Assembly: GCA_028534125.1 (NCBI GenBank)
Contig: CM052816.1
Location: 44,828,001-44,892,000, forward strand
DNA: 64,000 bases
Origin: Lama glama
Lineage: Eukaryota
Direction: 5' to 3'
In this document: one piece after another, positions 13,025 to 26,514 of the stretch
Position numbering within the stretch: position 1 is the first letter of the stretch
Layout: each line of letters opens with the position of its first letter
Made by a program: the position numbers and the translations under genes
The notes under the pieces: generated by a model
What the model was told of the DNA's origin: nothing
The model's database searches: none
The model's input: the letters and a program-made list of their open reading frames with translations, nothing else

Positions 13025-13480
13025 GCCAATAGTTGAACTCAGGAAACAGTTGACTATTACATAATGATAACTGAATAAAGTTTAATCAAAAGACAATTTG
13101 CAAAGATTTGGGCAGGATTAAGGAAACTAGTAACAGAGGATGACGGACTCAAATACCCAAAAAGCAGGACACCATCACTACACCTGGGCCTGAAAGGGCA
13201 AGGAAAGAGAGGTGTTACCAGAACCCTGGTGGAGCATTTGCCCAACAGGAGCAGTGGCCTTAGTAAAAGAACCCAGCTACTGCAGGGAAGAAAGAGATGG
13301 AATAAATATCCAAACTATTTTCTCCTCCACCTTTCAATATGCCACACTACTTTACATCAGAAAAACCCAAATGAAGCCCAGAGGTCAACAAAGCCCAGTT
13401 GAGGCCATGGCACAGAGAAAAGTAGAAATTGGTGGAAAATTAATCATCAGGGCAAGTGGAAAACATCCAACACATTGATT
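13025..13480 (-). mobile_element. Ancient ERVL-class LTR (LTR16/LTR33-like)
   Basis: The sequence caggaaacag...gtttaatcaaaagacaatttgcaaagatttgggcaggattaaggaaac...ggcctgaaagggcaaggaaagagaggtgttaccagaaccc resembles the antisense ERVL LTR 3' half. It is homologous, in opposite orientation, to 16440-16703. The subfamily is uncertain. Confidence 0.65.
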
Positions 13481-15297
13481 TTCTCTGCAGTGTATCTTTT
13501 CCCTGTCACCAAACGATAGAACCACAAAGATCCAATAATTAGACAATGTCTTGAATATCTTCCTATGAGATTCACATAAACCCCACAAGTGCAATCCAGG
13601 AGTTAATGTATGTACCAGAATTTGAAGAGAGAATCACCATTCTCTCAAAATGTACACATCCTCAGTGGGGACCTCCAGAGCCCCAGGACCAAGCTCCCAA
13701 ACTCCTATTGGTTGAGAGAACTCTGGATGTCTATTCAACTATAGTCAAGGAAAAAATGCAGACTCATGCTAGATCAAGTCTAGGGAATTGCAATTATAGC
13801 ACTGTCTAGAAGAATATGATGGGCTCACTTCTAAGACATAAGGACCGTTTCTGAGAGTGCTGATGCATGGCTTGAGTGGCCCCTAGAAGAGTGTGTAGAA
13901 CAATTTTTTAAATATCATCTAACTCTTTAGCCTAGAGTCAAACACCACCTAGCTTCAACATCTCTTTTCCACTTCCATCTTGCATTAAAAAAAATTTTTA
14001 AGAACGTTTCACAGTGGCACCTAATTAGGCATTTTAACATAAATTCAGTCTTAGTGCTGTTATGAAGGGATTAAAGTTCTGTTCTTCACAGAGATCAAAA
14101 AGTAATCCTATATTTTTCATATATTTTGTATTTTTAATACTATTATTTTTAATCAGTGAATTCTACAAGTTCTAACAGGTCTCTCTTTTTTTGATGGCTA
14201 CTTCTTGGAAACACTGATATTTCCGACAAGCCATGACGGTTTAAGCAGACAAAGCTTCTATCTTTTCTATGTGGACAAGAATACTGTATTAATTATATAC
14301 ATGCCAAATATTCACTGACTCCTAGTAAAATTTCTTTCATATGAAAACTCATAGAAAATATAACATTTTTGAGCAGCAAAAGACATATGTCCCCAAATTT
14401 CTATCTGTATTGTAGAATGCAAATACACCAGATTAAGTTGAAGCTTAATATTTTTAACTTCATTCACTTAGTGCAGATGCACATTTATCATTCTTCTAGT
14501 TCTAAGCCATGATTTTCATTCATTACGCAACAAAACCACTTCCTTCTGCAAGAATTTACTAAGCCAGAAACAACAGAAATGTGTATTTGTATTATTATGC
14601 ATATAAAGTTATTGACTTTAAAGGGATTAACTTGTGGGTCAATATGAGAGAAATTCATTACACCAATCAACCCCCAGGAACTCGAACTAAACAAAATGCA
14701 TCAGTCTGAGTTGAAACGGACTTTACTTCAGTACTGCTACAGTCTAAAACAAACCATAAAATGAAATCAACACATTGTACCAGGAAATTTTGCATAAACA
14801 ATCTGATGGATTCTAGTATGTGAGGGCTGCATATATACCAGCCTCTCAGGCTGTATGAAAAATGTTGCTATCGATGGATGCTGATGAGCAATATTTAAAT
14901 GAATTTCTAAATGACTATAATAAAAAATTTAGTTGACTCAACCCCTGCTGTTCTGGGCTGTAAAGTTATGAGCTCTATTTACCTGAAAGCATGTATGCTT
15001 ATTAGACTTGGCAGGAGTTTCTCAACCTTGCTATTAAGTAGAATATCTATTTTAAATGAACCAAGCGTCAGGCTCTATCAAGTCTGTTACTTCAGACTGG
15101 GATAAAGCAGTATGCTATCCTCATGTACATGATGCAACAGCAGAAGAGAATAAATCTTCGTGGCTTTTCATAACCTTCTTTGCGAGCAAATATTTTTCTT
15201 GAAATGCGGCCAGCATTGACTTTCACAGGTATTAACTATAAAATGACTAAATAAAAAGGGACATAAGAAAAAGCAAAATGAATTAAAAGTACAAGGA

Positions 15298-15749
15298 CTG
15301 CATTTTAAAATGCACCTTTCAAAAAGCTTCCACATCTTTCTGGTGGCCAAGAAAAATCTGTGGAGCTAATGAAGAGGTTATTGGTTAAGCAGGGAAACAG
15401 AAACCAGAAGGGAACATTTTCTTATCAACTGCAAAAGAAGGAAAAAAAAATGGAAGGAGAATATTGGGGCAGGTGGAGATTTAGCCCTCAGTGCCAATCA
15501 GAAGTAATACATGAAAATTGGTGTGTAATAATTTGGTTAAAACTCAAAGAATGGGACCAAACCACACAAATGAGTAAATTTGGAATTAGAGAAATTAAAT
15601 GTTGCAGTTACAGGGCAAATGTAAATGGATATGAAATACACTATTTCCAAAGTATCAGAGTAAAAAAATCTGCCTTTTAAAAAAAAGCATCTTTCAAAGA
15701 CTTCCACACCTTTCTTGAGGCCAAGAAAAATCTGAAGAGCTAATGAAGA
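15298..15749. repeat. Local direct duplication: two diverged ~78-bp copies (15298-15375 and 15670-15749)
   Basis: Copy 1 core: gcacctttcaaaaagcttccacatctttctggtggccaagaaaaatctgtggagctaatgaaga. Copy 2 core: gcatctttcaaagacttccacacctttcttgaggccaagaaaaatctgaagagctaatgaaga. They differ at about 8 of 64 positions. Confidence 0.9.
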
Positions 15750-16439
15750 AAGGAGTGAAATCTGTAAGACATCAGTCTACTATTTATCATCAACAGAAAT
15801 TAAACCAGGGTAGAAAAAAAGAAGTCAAAAATAATATGAAATATGGCTAAAGAGAATTCTTTATAGTGAACTCAAAGGCAAGAGTTGAAGATGCAAAGAG
15901 ATGACATACATTAAAGTGGTTTGTAAACTCTCTAGTGCATGCTGACGCTGAGCATTTTTTTCAAATAGGCCAATCAACAGTGAGAGGAAACAAAAAATAA
16001 AGAATTCTAAGATTGAATTTATTCTTTTACCTTTAGCAATAAACTATTAATTGTGAGATGGGGAATTATGTCGATTTTTTTGTTGTTTTTGCAGAAAACG
16101 AACAAAAGAAAAAATCCAATTAATGTTTAAAAACCATTCAATTAAATGCCAAAAACTGATATCAGATCAACAATCTGTCAACACATGTTTTTATGGCTTA
16201 TCTGCTCTGAGTTCTGTATTCTGTTTTGTGATGTGAAAAATATTATAAAACCCCTTCCCAGAATGGAAAGGGACTGGGAGATATAAGGATAAGCCTGCCT
16301 GAGAACCACTCCTGGGGCTTCACCTGAGGGCTGCAGGGAGAGCAGGAGCCTCACTCTGAGACCAAGTTGATAGGATTGGCCAGTTGATCTATCCTTGTAG
16401 GAGTTCATATTTGGGCCAAAAAAATAAAATAAAATAGCA

Positions 16440-16703
16440 TCACAGAGGTAAGAAGAATAAGATCAGGCCTCCCTCCAAGTGGCTGTGTCCCTCTGCCAGT
16501 CACAGCTGCTCTCTGGGCTCTGGAAACAGCTCCCTCTACTTGTCCTCTCAGGCCAGGTTACTAGGGACACACTCTCCTTTTTGATGCAGCTCCAGGACGC
16601 AGCACCATCCCTTGGAGAGTCCACAACTTTGCAGAGTCCCTCTGAAAATCTTACAATTCCCTGGTATGAGTAGTTCTTTCTTTCTGGGGTCCTGACTGAT
16701 GCA
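16440..16703 (+). mobile_element. Ancient ERVL-class LTR 3' half (LTR16/LTR33-like)
   Basis: The sequence reads ctctgggctctggaaacagctccctctacttgtcctctcaggcc...caccatcccttgg... and ends in cctgactgatgca, resembling the typical ...gactgataca terminus. It may extend further left. Confidence 0.6.
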
Positions 16704-17002
16704 GGAGTCAAGGAGTTTATGACTCTGAGAAAAGCAGGAATCATTACTGTAGAACAATTGGAAAGTAATGTAAGACTTCTTTAATGAAGTACTATGTGAT
16801 GTTAACAGAGAGTAAGTTTTCAAGAAGGGAAGTGTGAAGCAAATAGGAAAGCTTTAGGAAGGACTTCTTATTCTTGAAAATTAGGACGGACTGAGAGAGA
16901 GAGAGAGAGGAGATGAAAAGGATGAATTCCAACCTAGGAGAAAAGTCACTGTTAAAGAAAAAAAGAAGTTCAGCCCTTGCAGATAATTACAGATTAAAAG
17001 CA

Positions 17003-17101
17003 AGCGTGAACATATATATCCCAGGTTGTCCACGACATCCCCAGTTCACACCTATTGTTCCAGTGTAACTCATTAACAGTAATAAAATTATATAGCAATG
17101 C
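17003..17101 (+). mobile_element. hAT-Blackjack MITE remnant (MER81/MER94-like)
   Basis: atatcccaggttgtccacgacatccccagttcacacctattgttccagtgtaactcattaacag...ataaaattatatagcaa resembles this MITE class with an internal deletion. The call is from memory of the consensus. Confidence 0.45.
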
Positions 17102-17719
17102 TTTTTTGAATGCATTAGACAGTAGAAAGTTATTTTCAATTCCTGAACAAGGAATTACTATGACAAAAGAGGTATTTTACTAAAATACATTTGGCAATGG
17201 AATGCAATATGAATTTGAGATAGAAAGGGAAGTTTGGAAAATTATTATTATGAAGAATTATTTGATGAAAATAATGATACTATGAATGAAAGGAAAAATG
17301 ATAAGAAAAATAAACTGCATATTCATAACAAATCTTAAGTATATTCAAAATATAACTACTGGTTCTTTGTAACATCGACTCTGCTGAATCTCATTCAAAG
17401 AAACAGTCTTACAACCCAAAGAAGTTAAAAGATATTAAATCTTTACTTCATGTATTTATTTATCAGGTTAGTTTATCACCTTCTGTTGCTGGCAGTCTCC
17501 TACCATACTCTATCCTGGGTTCTCATTCTCACTTCACACGTTCCCTCTGTCAGAGACAAGAAAGAATCTTGTCCTTCCTTAAGTCCCCTCTTCCCTCCAA
17601 TCCCAGCATCCTTTTGGCCCAAGCTTGCTCTTAAAATAGAAATGTTTTTAGCTTGGTTTATTGAAGTTGTCACATCGGAAAACTGTGGCATCTTCAGATG
17701 ATATTTTTATAAACACCTT

Positions 17720-18650
17720 TAAATTTTTATTAAAGTGACATAGGCACAAGGTGATAAAACAACCAGAATTTACATAGAGACACAAAATTCTCCTGCCTTC
17801 TTCCTTATTCATCCCACCTCACCTTGCAGAGTAAATCTCTTTTCATTGTTTTTGGTTTGAATTCTTCATTCAGCTACTGTGTGACTTTAAATAATATGTT
17901 TATGCCATTCGTATTTTATCAACTCCACACAACATCTAATGAACTCCTGTTACAAAATATAAGGATTGAATGCACTTGCAACATCTCCACTTCTACTCCT
18001 CTTACCCTGCAATATTTGATAGACAAATTATTATTTTTAATTTTTTATTAGGTAACTTAGCAAATTTAATAATGCATTCAGACTTTTTTCTAATTCCAGT
18101 ATCATTTGTCATTGTCTCTTTTCTATGTAAAATGATGTTAGTACCTAAATCCTTCCTTCCCCACATTCCCCCTCTATTTTCCTCCTTCTGCCAGTTGTAC
18201 TTTTACTTTTGACTTTTACACTGTCCATGTTGTTTGTATTTAAATGAAATTTTAAACCATGATGGACTTTCATCATGCTTTAGTTATAGGTTGATTATAA
18301 AAATCTAAAGCCAATGAACTATATGTATTTAACATTAGCTTTCTTCACTGTAAGGCCACATGGTATGTGAACATTATATTTCTTCTCTACGTGTGAAATA
18401 TCAGGCTTCTTGGCACCTTGACGAATGTTCCTAGCATTAATGACAAATACATTTCCTGTTCTTGCATTCTTCCAAGTGATTAAAATCATTCCATATTTCA
18501 GTTTATTTTGAACCATGCTTTAGAGGTAGAATATTTGTGATATATTATTTTTCTCATATAAAAATTAAAGTGTTTTTAGCATATCCTTAGGATTATTCAG
18601 ACTCTCAAGATATCATTTCTCAGATGGGAACTCATATTTTCCTGAAGACT
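17720..18650 (-). mobile_element. Decayed ancient L1M-like sequence
   Basis: It starts with a T-rich tail-like segment (aatttttattaaagtgacata...) and remains T-rich and L1-like. It is very diverged. Confidence 0.4.
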
Positions 18651-18959
18651 ACCCTCCTTCAGCATGTATATAGTTGCCAAGAAAGCCTGGGAAATTACAG
18701 CATGGGACCATGAATTCAGCCAATTCCATTAAGTTTCTCTTCCCAAACCACTTACATTGAACACCCTTTTCAATTGCTATACATGGAGGGAATACTATAA
18801 ACATATTGATAAATGGTGCTGTAAAAAATATATAGCCCCACTTCCAGTTATAATAGTTAACCAACCAATCTCCTGCCAATAAACCCCACCCCTGTAATTG
18901 CATAGAAATATTAAAATTAACGCTGGTCAGAGGTACAGGAGATCAGCCAAAGCAGTCGG

Positions 18960-19505
18960 ATTTTGAGAATCCAAGACAATCTCTGTTGATTTTCCAGCAG
19001 AGACACCAGAAAAGCATAAAGGGCTCTAACATGCTGACAGAAGATAACTGTTAGCCAGAATTTTAGACACTACAAAAAATACCCAGCAACAGAGAAGTTA
19101 AAATTAAAATATTTTCAGATCAAAACAGAATTTTTTCATCAGCAAACACAGAAAGATGAGTAACCCGACCTCACTGGTATGCTGTCAAAAGCAACTGAAT
19201 ATATACTCTTTCCAAATCATATGGAACATTTACCAAAACTGTGTGCTGCACAAAAAAAACATGACTCAACACATTTTAAAGAATTAAACTCATTGAAGAT
19301 AACTTTTCCATGTTAAAAAGAATTTTAAAAACTGGAAAATTTCCAAGTACTTGGAAATAAGGAAAGACATTTCCAAAGAATCCTCAGGGCAATGAAAAAA
19401 TCTCAATGGGAAATTTTAAGACTTCTAAGTGAACAATAATAAAAATACACGTATGATATAGGGAAATTTGGGGTATGCAGCTGAAGTGAAGCTTAGAGGA
19501 AAATA
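18960..19505 (+). mobile_element. Ancient L1 ORF1/ORF2-derived remnant
   Basis: The phrases aactgaatatatactctttccaaatcatatggaacatttaccaaaa and aatttggggtatgcagctgaagtgaagcttagaggaaaatatatggcctcaatatatatcagaaaagaa resemble the L1 ORF2 endonuclease-adjacent region (consensus ...[25 protein letters not shown]). Confidence 0.7.
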
Positions 19506-19689
19506 TATGGCCTCAATATATATCAGAAAAGAACAAAAGCTGACCACCAACGACCTAAGTATCCAGAGCTCCTGTAAATGGCAGAACCAGAATTCAAACT
19601 CTTACAGTCTGGCTTCAGGGCACATGCTCTTAATTCTTCTACTGCCGTATTTAACTAAATACTATCTCCCAGCCCAACAAGAGATCATC

Positions 19690-20380
19690 TTAAAACTCAC
19701 AACCACTTCTAGATACCACCTCCCCTCATCTTAACTTCACAGGAACAGTTCTTAAAGAAAGTGTCCGTGTTTGCTTTCTCTACTTTTTTATCTTCCAGTC
19801 CCTCTTTAATCTGACTTTTTTTTTTTAACTGTTTACGTGCCCTGCCAACCCACTGAAACTACTCTTACTAAGGTTATCAATCTACCTGCCAAATTCCATA
19901 GTCTTTGTTTTCCTCACTTTCCATATGTATCTTTTCAATGTAGATATTCATTCTATTATTTATTTCTTAAAAAATCATTTCTTCGCTAGCTAACACAGTA
20001 GCATCCTCCCCTGATGCCCTACCTACCACTCTATTATTTTTCTATGTCCTCTACTTCTGCCCACCGCTTAAAAGTTGAAATTCCAGATTTCTCAGTATTT
20101 TGCTCGTGATTCACTACTCTTGAATCATTTGTAAGCTTTACCTATCCACAGTTTGAGCCAGATATTGATGATTCCCACATCTGTATTTGTAGCCACTTCT
20201 TTCCCGAGCTCTAGGCTAATTCTCAAAGAAACCAAAATTCTTTCTTCTCAGAGAAAGCCCCAAAGGATTAGGCTAAAACACATCTCCCACACAGCTTTAG
20301 CTCCCTTAAGCTCTGGTAAAACAGAATGATCACTGTACTTAAAACCAGAAACTTGGAGCTCAAGCATCCATTGACTACAA
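19690..20380 (+). mobile_element. LINE-2 fragment
   Basis: L2 phrases are present: ccactgaaactactcttactaaggttatcaat...gccaaattcca and gatgattcccacatctgtatttgtagcc. Confidence 0.7.
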
Positions 20381-20629
20381 CTTTTGCATGACAGTCTATG
20401 AAACTGGTCAAAGGAAACTGTGATTGATGCTATTTTCAATTAATTGTGGAATAATATCCCAAGGGAATCTGTGAATCGTTTAGGATCAGGAAGCTGGCAT
20501 GTGGGAAAAATAGGATGAAAAGAAAGGGTAATCATATATTAGCAAAAGCCAAAAAGTTCTCTAGTGGGTACAAATTGCTAGTCTGAATACCAGCACTAGA
20601 TCTACTGGATAACGTAAAATGGTTAATAT

Positions 20630-20750
20630 ATACATACTAGGGCTCCACAAGCAGAGACTATAATTTCAATGTGTCTAGGGTGAAACAAAAGCTCTACACT
20701 TTTAAAAATCTCCCAAACAATTCTGATATGTTATATATTTTAGAACCACT
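20630..20750. mobile_element. MER5-type hAT-Charlie DNA transposon remnant
   Basis: The sequence ctagggctccacaagcagagac...tctagggtga...ctacacttttaaaaatctcccaaacaattctgatatg...ttagaaccact resembles MER5A. Confidence 0.6.
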
Positions 20751-21769
20751 AAATTAGAGTAGCATTTTTCAATCTGTGGGCCATAGACCACTGGAAGTTA
20801 TTGTCAAGTACGATTTTTTAAAAGTATTTTCTGGAGGCTAAAATAATGAATACCTTGCAACAAAAATTTTTATATTTTTAAATGAGTTGCTAAATTTATA
20901 GGAGACTTTACCACCTTCCCCAACAATCAAAAACTAAAACTACCCCTCTTTTTTTCTTTCTCATTGGAAGAAGTCCTTGAATTTGAAAAGCTTAGAAATT
21001 ACTGCCTACAACACTTTACCTCACATATCTTGGAAATATGTTCATATTTGTTAGAACTTCCAATTTGTCCACTTCACAAATAAGAACTTTTGTCCTTGTT
21101 ATTGCAAAAGTTATATTTTAAAAGAAAATGAATTAAGCAATTTATGTGTTGTTACTTTTGAGAGAAAATACAAGAAAATCATGGAAAACATACTGAAAAA
21201 ATGAAAATCTATTAATCATATTTTGAATTATTTTTAATTTTTAATTTATTTCATCTAACTTCACAATCTACTTAAGCGAATCTTTATTTCAGAACCAATT
21301 TGCAAAGGAAGACTACACAAAAGTGAGAATTTGTGTAGTTATAAATTGTCACACATTTGTAATTAAGTCAAAGCTGTACAAAATTTAAGCAAATGTCAAT
21401 CTCTTATAAGAATTTATTATCAAGAAATAGATATAAAGATTGATTAAATTCTGCATGCCTAAATTTCATTAAGTTTCAGTCAGAGAACACAATGTTTTCT
21501 CTTTTAAAATGAATAGTATTCCTTAATATTGAAAATTCTAATTTGGGCATATAAATCTTGATAGAATAATAAGCCTTCAGTGATCATAATTACAATGTGT
21601 AATCTCGTATGCATAGCTTCAGCACTTGAAAGAATGCTCAGATATAAAGTATAATCAATAAGAAAAGAAGCCTGGGTTATTAGAAGATTGTGAATATGTG
21701 TGGTGTCTGAAAGACAGTTCAACATAGCTTTGCTTTTCCTTTTAAGTAGTTACTATTTAGTTTTAGTGA

Positions 21770-22195
21770 CACCAAAGCAGCCTTTCGGATGAGGGTTGGG
21801 ATGCAAGTAGTTTACTTGGCATACCATCTCAGGAAGCACAGTTGGAGTCCAAGGGAATGAGACAGAGAAGGGAAGAAGGACAGCAATGGGAGTGTTGATA
21901 AATAGTTAATGGGACACTGAGGCTCAATCCTGCAGCGTACCCTCAGAGACAACGCAGAACCCACCACAGAACTGTCCCACTGAAGAGAGAAGTACGTGAG
22001 ATACTTATATGTGAACTCCTGCTCTTCATTCTTAACTCCCTGGCTCTTCCCTCCTGCCCAATGTCCAGGCTGAGCATGCTCCTTAGGTGAGAAAATGCCT
22101 TTGGGAAAAGATTCCAGAAGCCTTAGGGATGTAGAGAAACTGTCTGCAGGTGACTTCTTGGGTAGGGAGAGGAGGTTGGAGCAGGAAACCACCAG
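21770..22195 (-). mobile_element. Ancient ERVL-class LTR (LTR16/LTR33-like)
   Basis: It contains aagcagcct...gggttgggatgcaagtagtttacttggc...ctcaggaagcac...gagacagagaagggaag, typical of the antisense ERVL LTR end. Confidence 0.65.
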
Positions 22196-22728
22196 TGACA
22201 GCCTCAGTCACCATTCTCTTGATACTATGTTCACCTCAGCAGAGCAACCAGCAAGCATTTCGTCTTCTTGTGGTCTCTACTTCCCTCATGATGCCATCCA
22301 GCTTTCTGTCTCTCTCTCCTCCCCAATGAACTCAATGGGATAAGAAAACTACTTAGGCATTCTAATATGCATTTTTACTGACCTGAGAGTCTTTTGTTAA
22401 TTCTAAGTAGTTTTCTGCTCACGTTTAAAAATTATTCACTACAAGGAAATACAGCATACAAGAAAACATAAGTGGTATTAATATAAGAGATATAAGTGTG
22501 TCAAAGTCAGAAACAATCCATTAATTTCTAAGTTATCTAATCTGCCCCAGCCAATCCTGGATAATCTTTCTACAAGCACAGTCCCTGCGCTAAAATGCAA
22601 CTTCAAGAATAAGTCTTTTACCTGCTTATGACCAGACCCCTCACTTTATCTACAGATATTTGTCAGCTTAAATACCCCTGACCTCAGCATGTAATATACA
22701 TAAAGCTTGCTCACTAAAACAGGTATTT

Positions 22729-23332
22729 TATTTTTTTATTGAAGTATAGCTGATTTACAATGTTATGTTAGTTTCAGCTGTACAGCAAAATGAGTCAAAT
22801 ATATACACAAATAAATGGGGGGAGGGGATTCTTTTTTACAGATTCTTCTCCACTATAGCTCATTACAAGATATTTAATATAGTTCCCTGGCTATGCAGTA
22901 GGTCCTTGTTCTTTAATCTATAGTAGTGTGTATACGTTAATCCCAAACTCCTAATTTATCCCTCCCACCACCTCTTTCCCTTTTGGTAACCATAGTTTGA
23001 TTTCTATGTCTGTGAGTCTATTTCTGGTTTGTAAATAAGTTTATCTGTGTCGTTTTTCTAAGATTCCACATATAAGAGATATCATATAATATTTGTCTTG
23101 GGGTGATACATGCACCCCAATGTTCACAGCAGCACTATTGCAATAGCCGGGACATGGAAACAACCTAAATGTCCATCAACAGATAAGTGGATAAAGAAGA
23201 TTGGGATATATACATGATGGAATATTACTCAGCCATAAAAATGAATGAAACTATGCCATTTCCAACAATATGGAAGGACCCAGAGATTATCATACTAAGT
23301 GAAGTAAGCCAGAAAAAGAAAGAAAAATATCA
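22729..23332 (-). mobile_element. 5'-inverted (twin-primed) truncated LINE-1 with a 14-bp TSD
   Basis: 22729-~23099 is L1 3' UTR on the minus strand with the tail at left. ~23105-23332 is the adjacent upstream ORF2 tail on the plus strand (DTCTPMFTAALLQ...LSEVSQKKKEKYH). The TSD is TAAAACAGGTATTT (22715-22728) / TAAAACAGGTGTTT (23333-23346). Confidence 0.92.
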
Positions 23333-23634
23333 TAAAACAGGTGTTTAGAGTTAAGTTCATCTTAAAGTTCTCTAGTTGCAAGTTCCCAGGTCAAATTTCT
23401 CTGTTGGAATTCAGACTTCTACTATCTTGACCACAACTGTCATTCTAACTTCTACCTCTTACTTACCTACCTGGATTTTTGTGCTCCTGATTCTTCCTGA
23501 ACTCAGTAATTAAATATTCCTCACTCTTATTCTGCCTATCTAGAGTCTGTTCTCTGAAAACTATTCCAGTATATTGTCTAGTTCTGGCTCTCATGTCATG
23601 ATTACTGCCACATTGGCACCAATATAACTTTGTC

Positions 23635-24310
23635 TAGCAATTCAAACAAGTATTTATTGAATACCTATTATGTGCCATACATTGCTGTGGAGCTGAAACA
23701 CAGCAATGAATAACAAATCAACTTATAGCTCTCAAAGAACTTAAATTATCGTGGGATGATTGATCATGGCAAATGCCCTGTTAAAACATGTATATACCAT
23801 TTAACACTAGGGAAAGCAACTAAAAAAACAATCTGCAAGACTTAAAATACAAGGCTTCTGCAACTAAAATGTAAAAAATAGTCATTAATTTCCAGATTAT
23901 TCCAAAAGAATCTCTGTCAAAAACCTTTTAGAAACAAACAGAAAAAGTATTTTGCCTGCTTGTGGTTGATCATTTTTTTAAATCATTATCAAATACCTCA
24001 AACTGTACAACCTAACTTTTTTTTTAAAGTCGAAAATGGAGTGATTCATTTGTTCATCCATGTACTCATTCAACATATATATTTTGAATGTCTGTTATGA
24101 GTCAGAATCAAGAGGCTACTGCTTCATGGAGATAATTTTCCAAGTAGAAGGACCCATACTAAGTAAGTGAACAAATAATGTGTGATAATATATATGAAAG
24201 AAATAACTTGTATATACTGACACAGAAAGAAGGGATGGGGTGGAGGGAAATTATCTACATAAAATAAACAGAGAATGCTTCCCTAAATAGTTGAGCATCA
24301 AGGAGTGAGA
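23635..24310 (-). mobile_element. Two LINE-2 3'-end fragments (~23635-23755 and ~24045-24310)
   Basis: Antisense L2 tails are visible: ttcaaacaagtatttattgaatacctattatgtgcca and ttcatttgttcatccatgtactcattcaacatatatattttgaatgtctgttatg. Confidence 0.7.
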
Positions 24311-25104
24311 CACTCTTTAGTTATTCAAAATGCAAATGTGTGAAATATTCTCATATGCATTAATATGAATTATAACAGCCCTGCCCTTTATTTCTCACTG
24401 TCTCCCACAAAATTCACCTTTGTTCTAAAAATGTAACTAAAATCCCCAAAGTTAAAACCAAGAGAAAGTTTGAATGGATGTGAAACAAGGACTTAGAATG
24501 TAATTGTTCTTTCAGCATTAATTATAATGTACATTTTGAGAACCTATAATCAAGAATTGAAAGCTGCTTTGTGTCTTAGGTTCAAAATCATCAAGCAACA
24601 ATTTTACACAGCGAATGTATCTTTGTAAGAAATTCTGAAACATAAAATAATGACCTGATTACAATTTCCTACATGAAAATGAGTCCAGACAAGGGCTATC
24701 GTCTGTTTGCTCTTTTTATAGGTTTATTTTGTTGATGCTGTTCTGTGGGCACGGGAGGCTAGAGGGCAAACAGAGGAAGGTACAATACACAAGCATTCAG
24801 CATAAATAAATTTTAAAGGCACTTTTGAGAAATCAAATATGGCTTTAAAGCATGAGAACAAGAAAAATAATTGCTAGCCAAGACAATTTTCAAAAAAAAA
24901 TCATTGTTTTTATTCATCAAAAAATAAACAAGCTATCTATTGTGCTCTCTCTGTTGACCTTATTAACGGATTTAAATGCAGATGTTGTTATCACTTGGCA
25001 TCAGCTTCATATTTTTATATTTTTTAGTAGTCCTATTCATCTGTTTTTTTCCAAGTATCATTTTTGTTCCTTTTCCTACTTCCTGGTGCTTAGATGAAAA
25101 CACA

Positions 25105-25245
25105 GGGACATAGAAGCCAAAGACCATGCCTTTTTTTTATCTTTGTTTCACTGGAATTCATCAAAATATCTGATTCACAATAGGAGCTCAATAATGAACA
25201 AATAATTGAATGAATAAAGGAATGAATAGGGAATGAATGAATAAA
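25105..25245 (+). mobile_element. LINE-2 3' end
   Basis: It ends in ...cacaataggagctcaataatgaacaaataattgaatgaataaaggaatgaatagggaatgaatgaa, an L2 tail. Confidence 0.65.
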
Positions 25246-26514
25246 AAATTCAAAAAAGTATCTGATCACCTAAAGAAAATAATGCCTTGAGCTTTTACTA
25301 TGGGATCATTATAGATATTCTATTAGTATTCAGACACTAGCAAATATTTAACTCTAGTAGACACAAATTCAGATGAAATTACCCTGGAAAGTTAAGTCAT
25401 ATTGAATAATTAAACTTTATTTAAACAAACTGCAAAGGATGGCACATTTTCCCCAACAAATGTTATTTTATTACAACTTTTAAAAAATCTTCACTGACCT
25501 AATGTTTCAGATGGAAAAGTTTTAGGAAACTTTCTTTTGTTTTTCAGTGTTATGAAAACTGGTAAATTTACAAGTGCCACTGATATGATCCTCCATTTTA
25601 ACCCCAATTCTAATGATAATATAAATGAACAGAGATTTCATTTCTTATTCAAAGAAGCAATAGTTTACAAGCCTTTTACCAAGAATAGAGCACCCCTGAT
25701 TAACTCATTCCTGTCTCCTTAATATGCCTTTGAAAGCTGATAGCTCTAATTACGTTACTATAAAGTAAGAATCTCACTTTGCTATGAGACCCTCAAACTG
25801 ATTCTGGAAATAATCCTAAGCAAGAGTATAAAACATTATGAGAAATGTCAGCTTATAGGTAGAGAAAGCATTATTATGATATTCAGATGGCTTTTATTTA
25901 TACATACACATGCACATACTGCAAAATGATTAGTAAGAATCTTCCCTTTGAAAATATGCTTTAATTACTGTTACATACTTTAAAACCAAGTTTTTCCTTA
26001 AAATTATATGCCTACTTATAAATACCAAAATTGAATGTAAGTCTGACAAATTTTAGTGATTCATTTTAAGGAAGCCTTTAATTAATATGTGCTCCCATTT
26101 ACAAAGTTAGTTAATTTAACCTCATTAGTCACTTAAGCTGAATTCATAAATATATCTTATTACCCTTTAAATACTTTAATTCTCTGGCTGAGTAAATTTT
26201 CGCAGGTATATAAGTAATTCTTGAAAATCCAAGAGGGCTTACCTTATATTCTACTAAGTGTTCTGTTCTAATAAATTGGTGAGATTTCAATTTAAAGTCA
26301 CAAATTTATATTAATTATTCAAGAGCACATCTTAAATTGGATGTGCAAGACTGACTTACTACTGTAAAAGGCCAAAATCTCTTAAATATTTCAAGTAACT
26401 GAAGTACCAAATATGCTTCGACTTCTCAACACACAAAAACTATCAATACTACAGGATTTTCTGGAACATATCTCTTCGTGACTACACATAAATCTTTACA
26501 TAGTTAGAAGATGC

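Noticed and set aside
21812..22343. ORFs of 126 and 82 aa
   Set aside because: They overlap an ancient ERVL LTR and have no coding signature.
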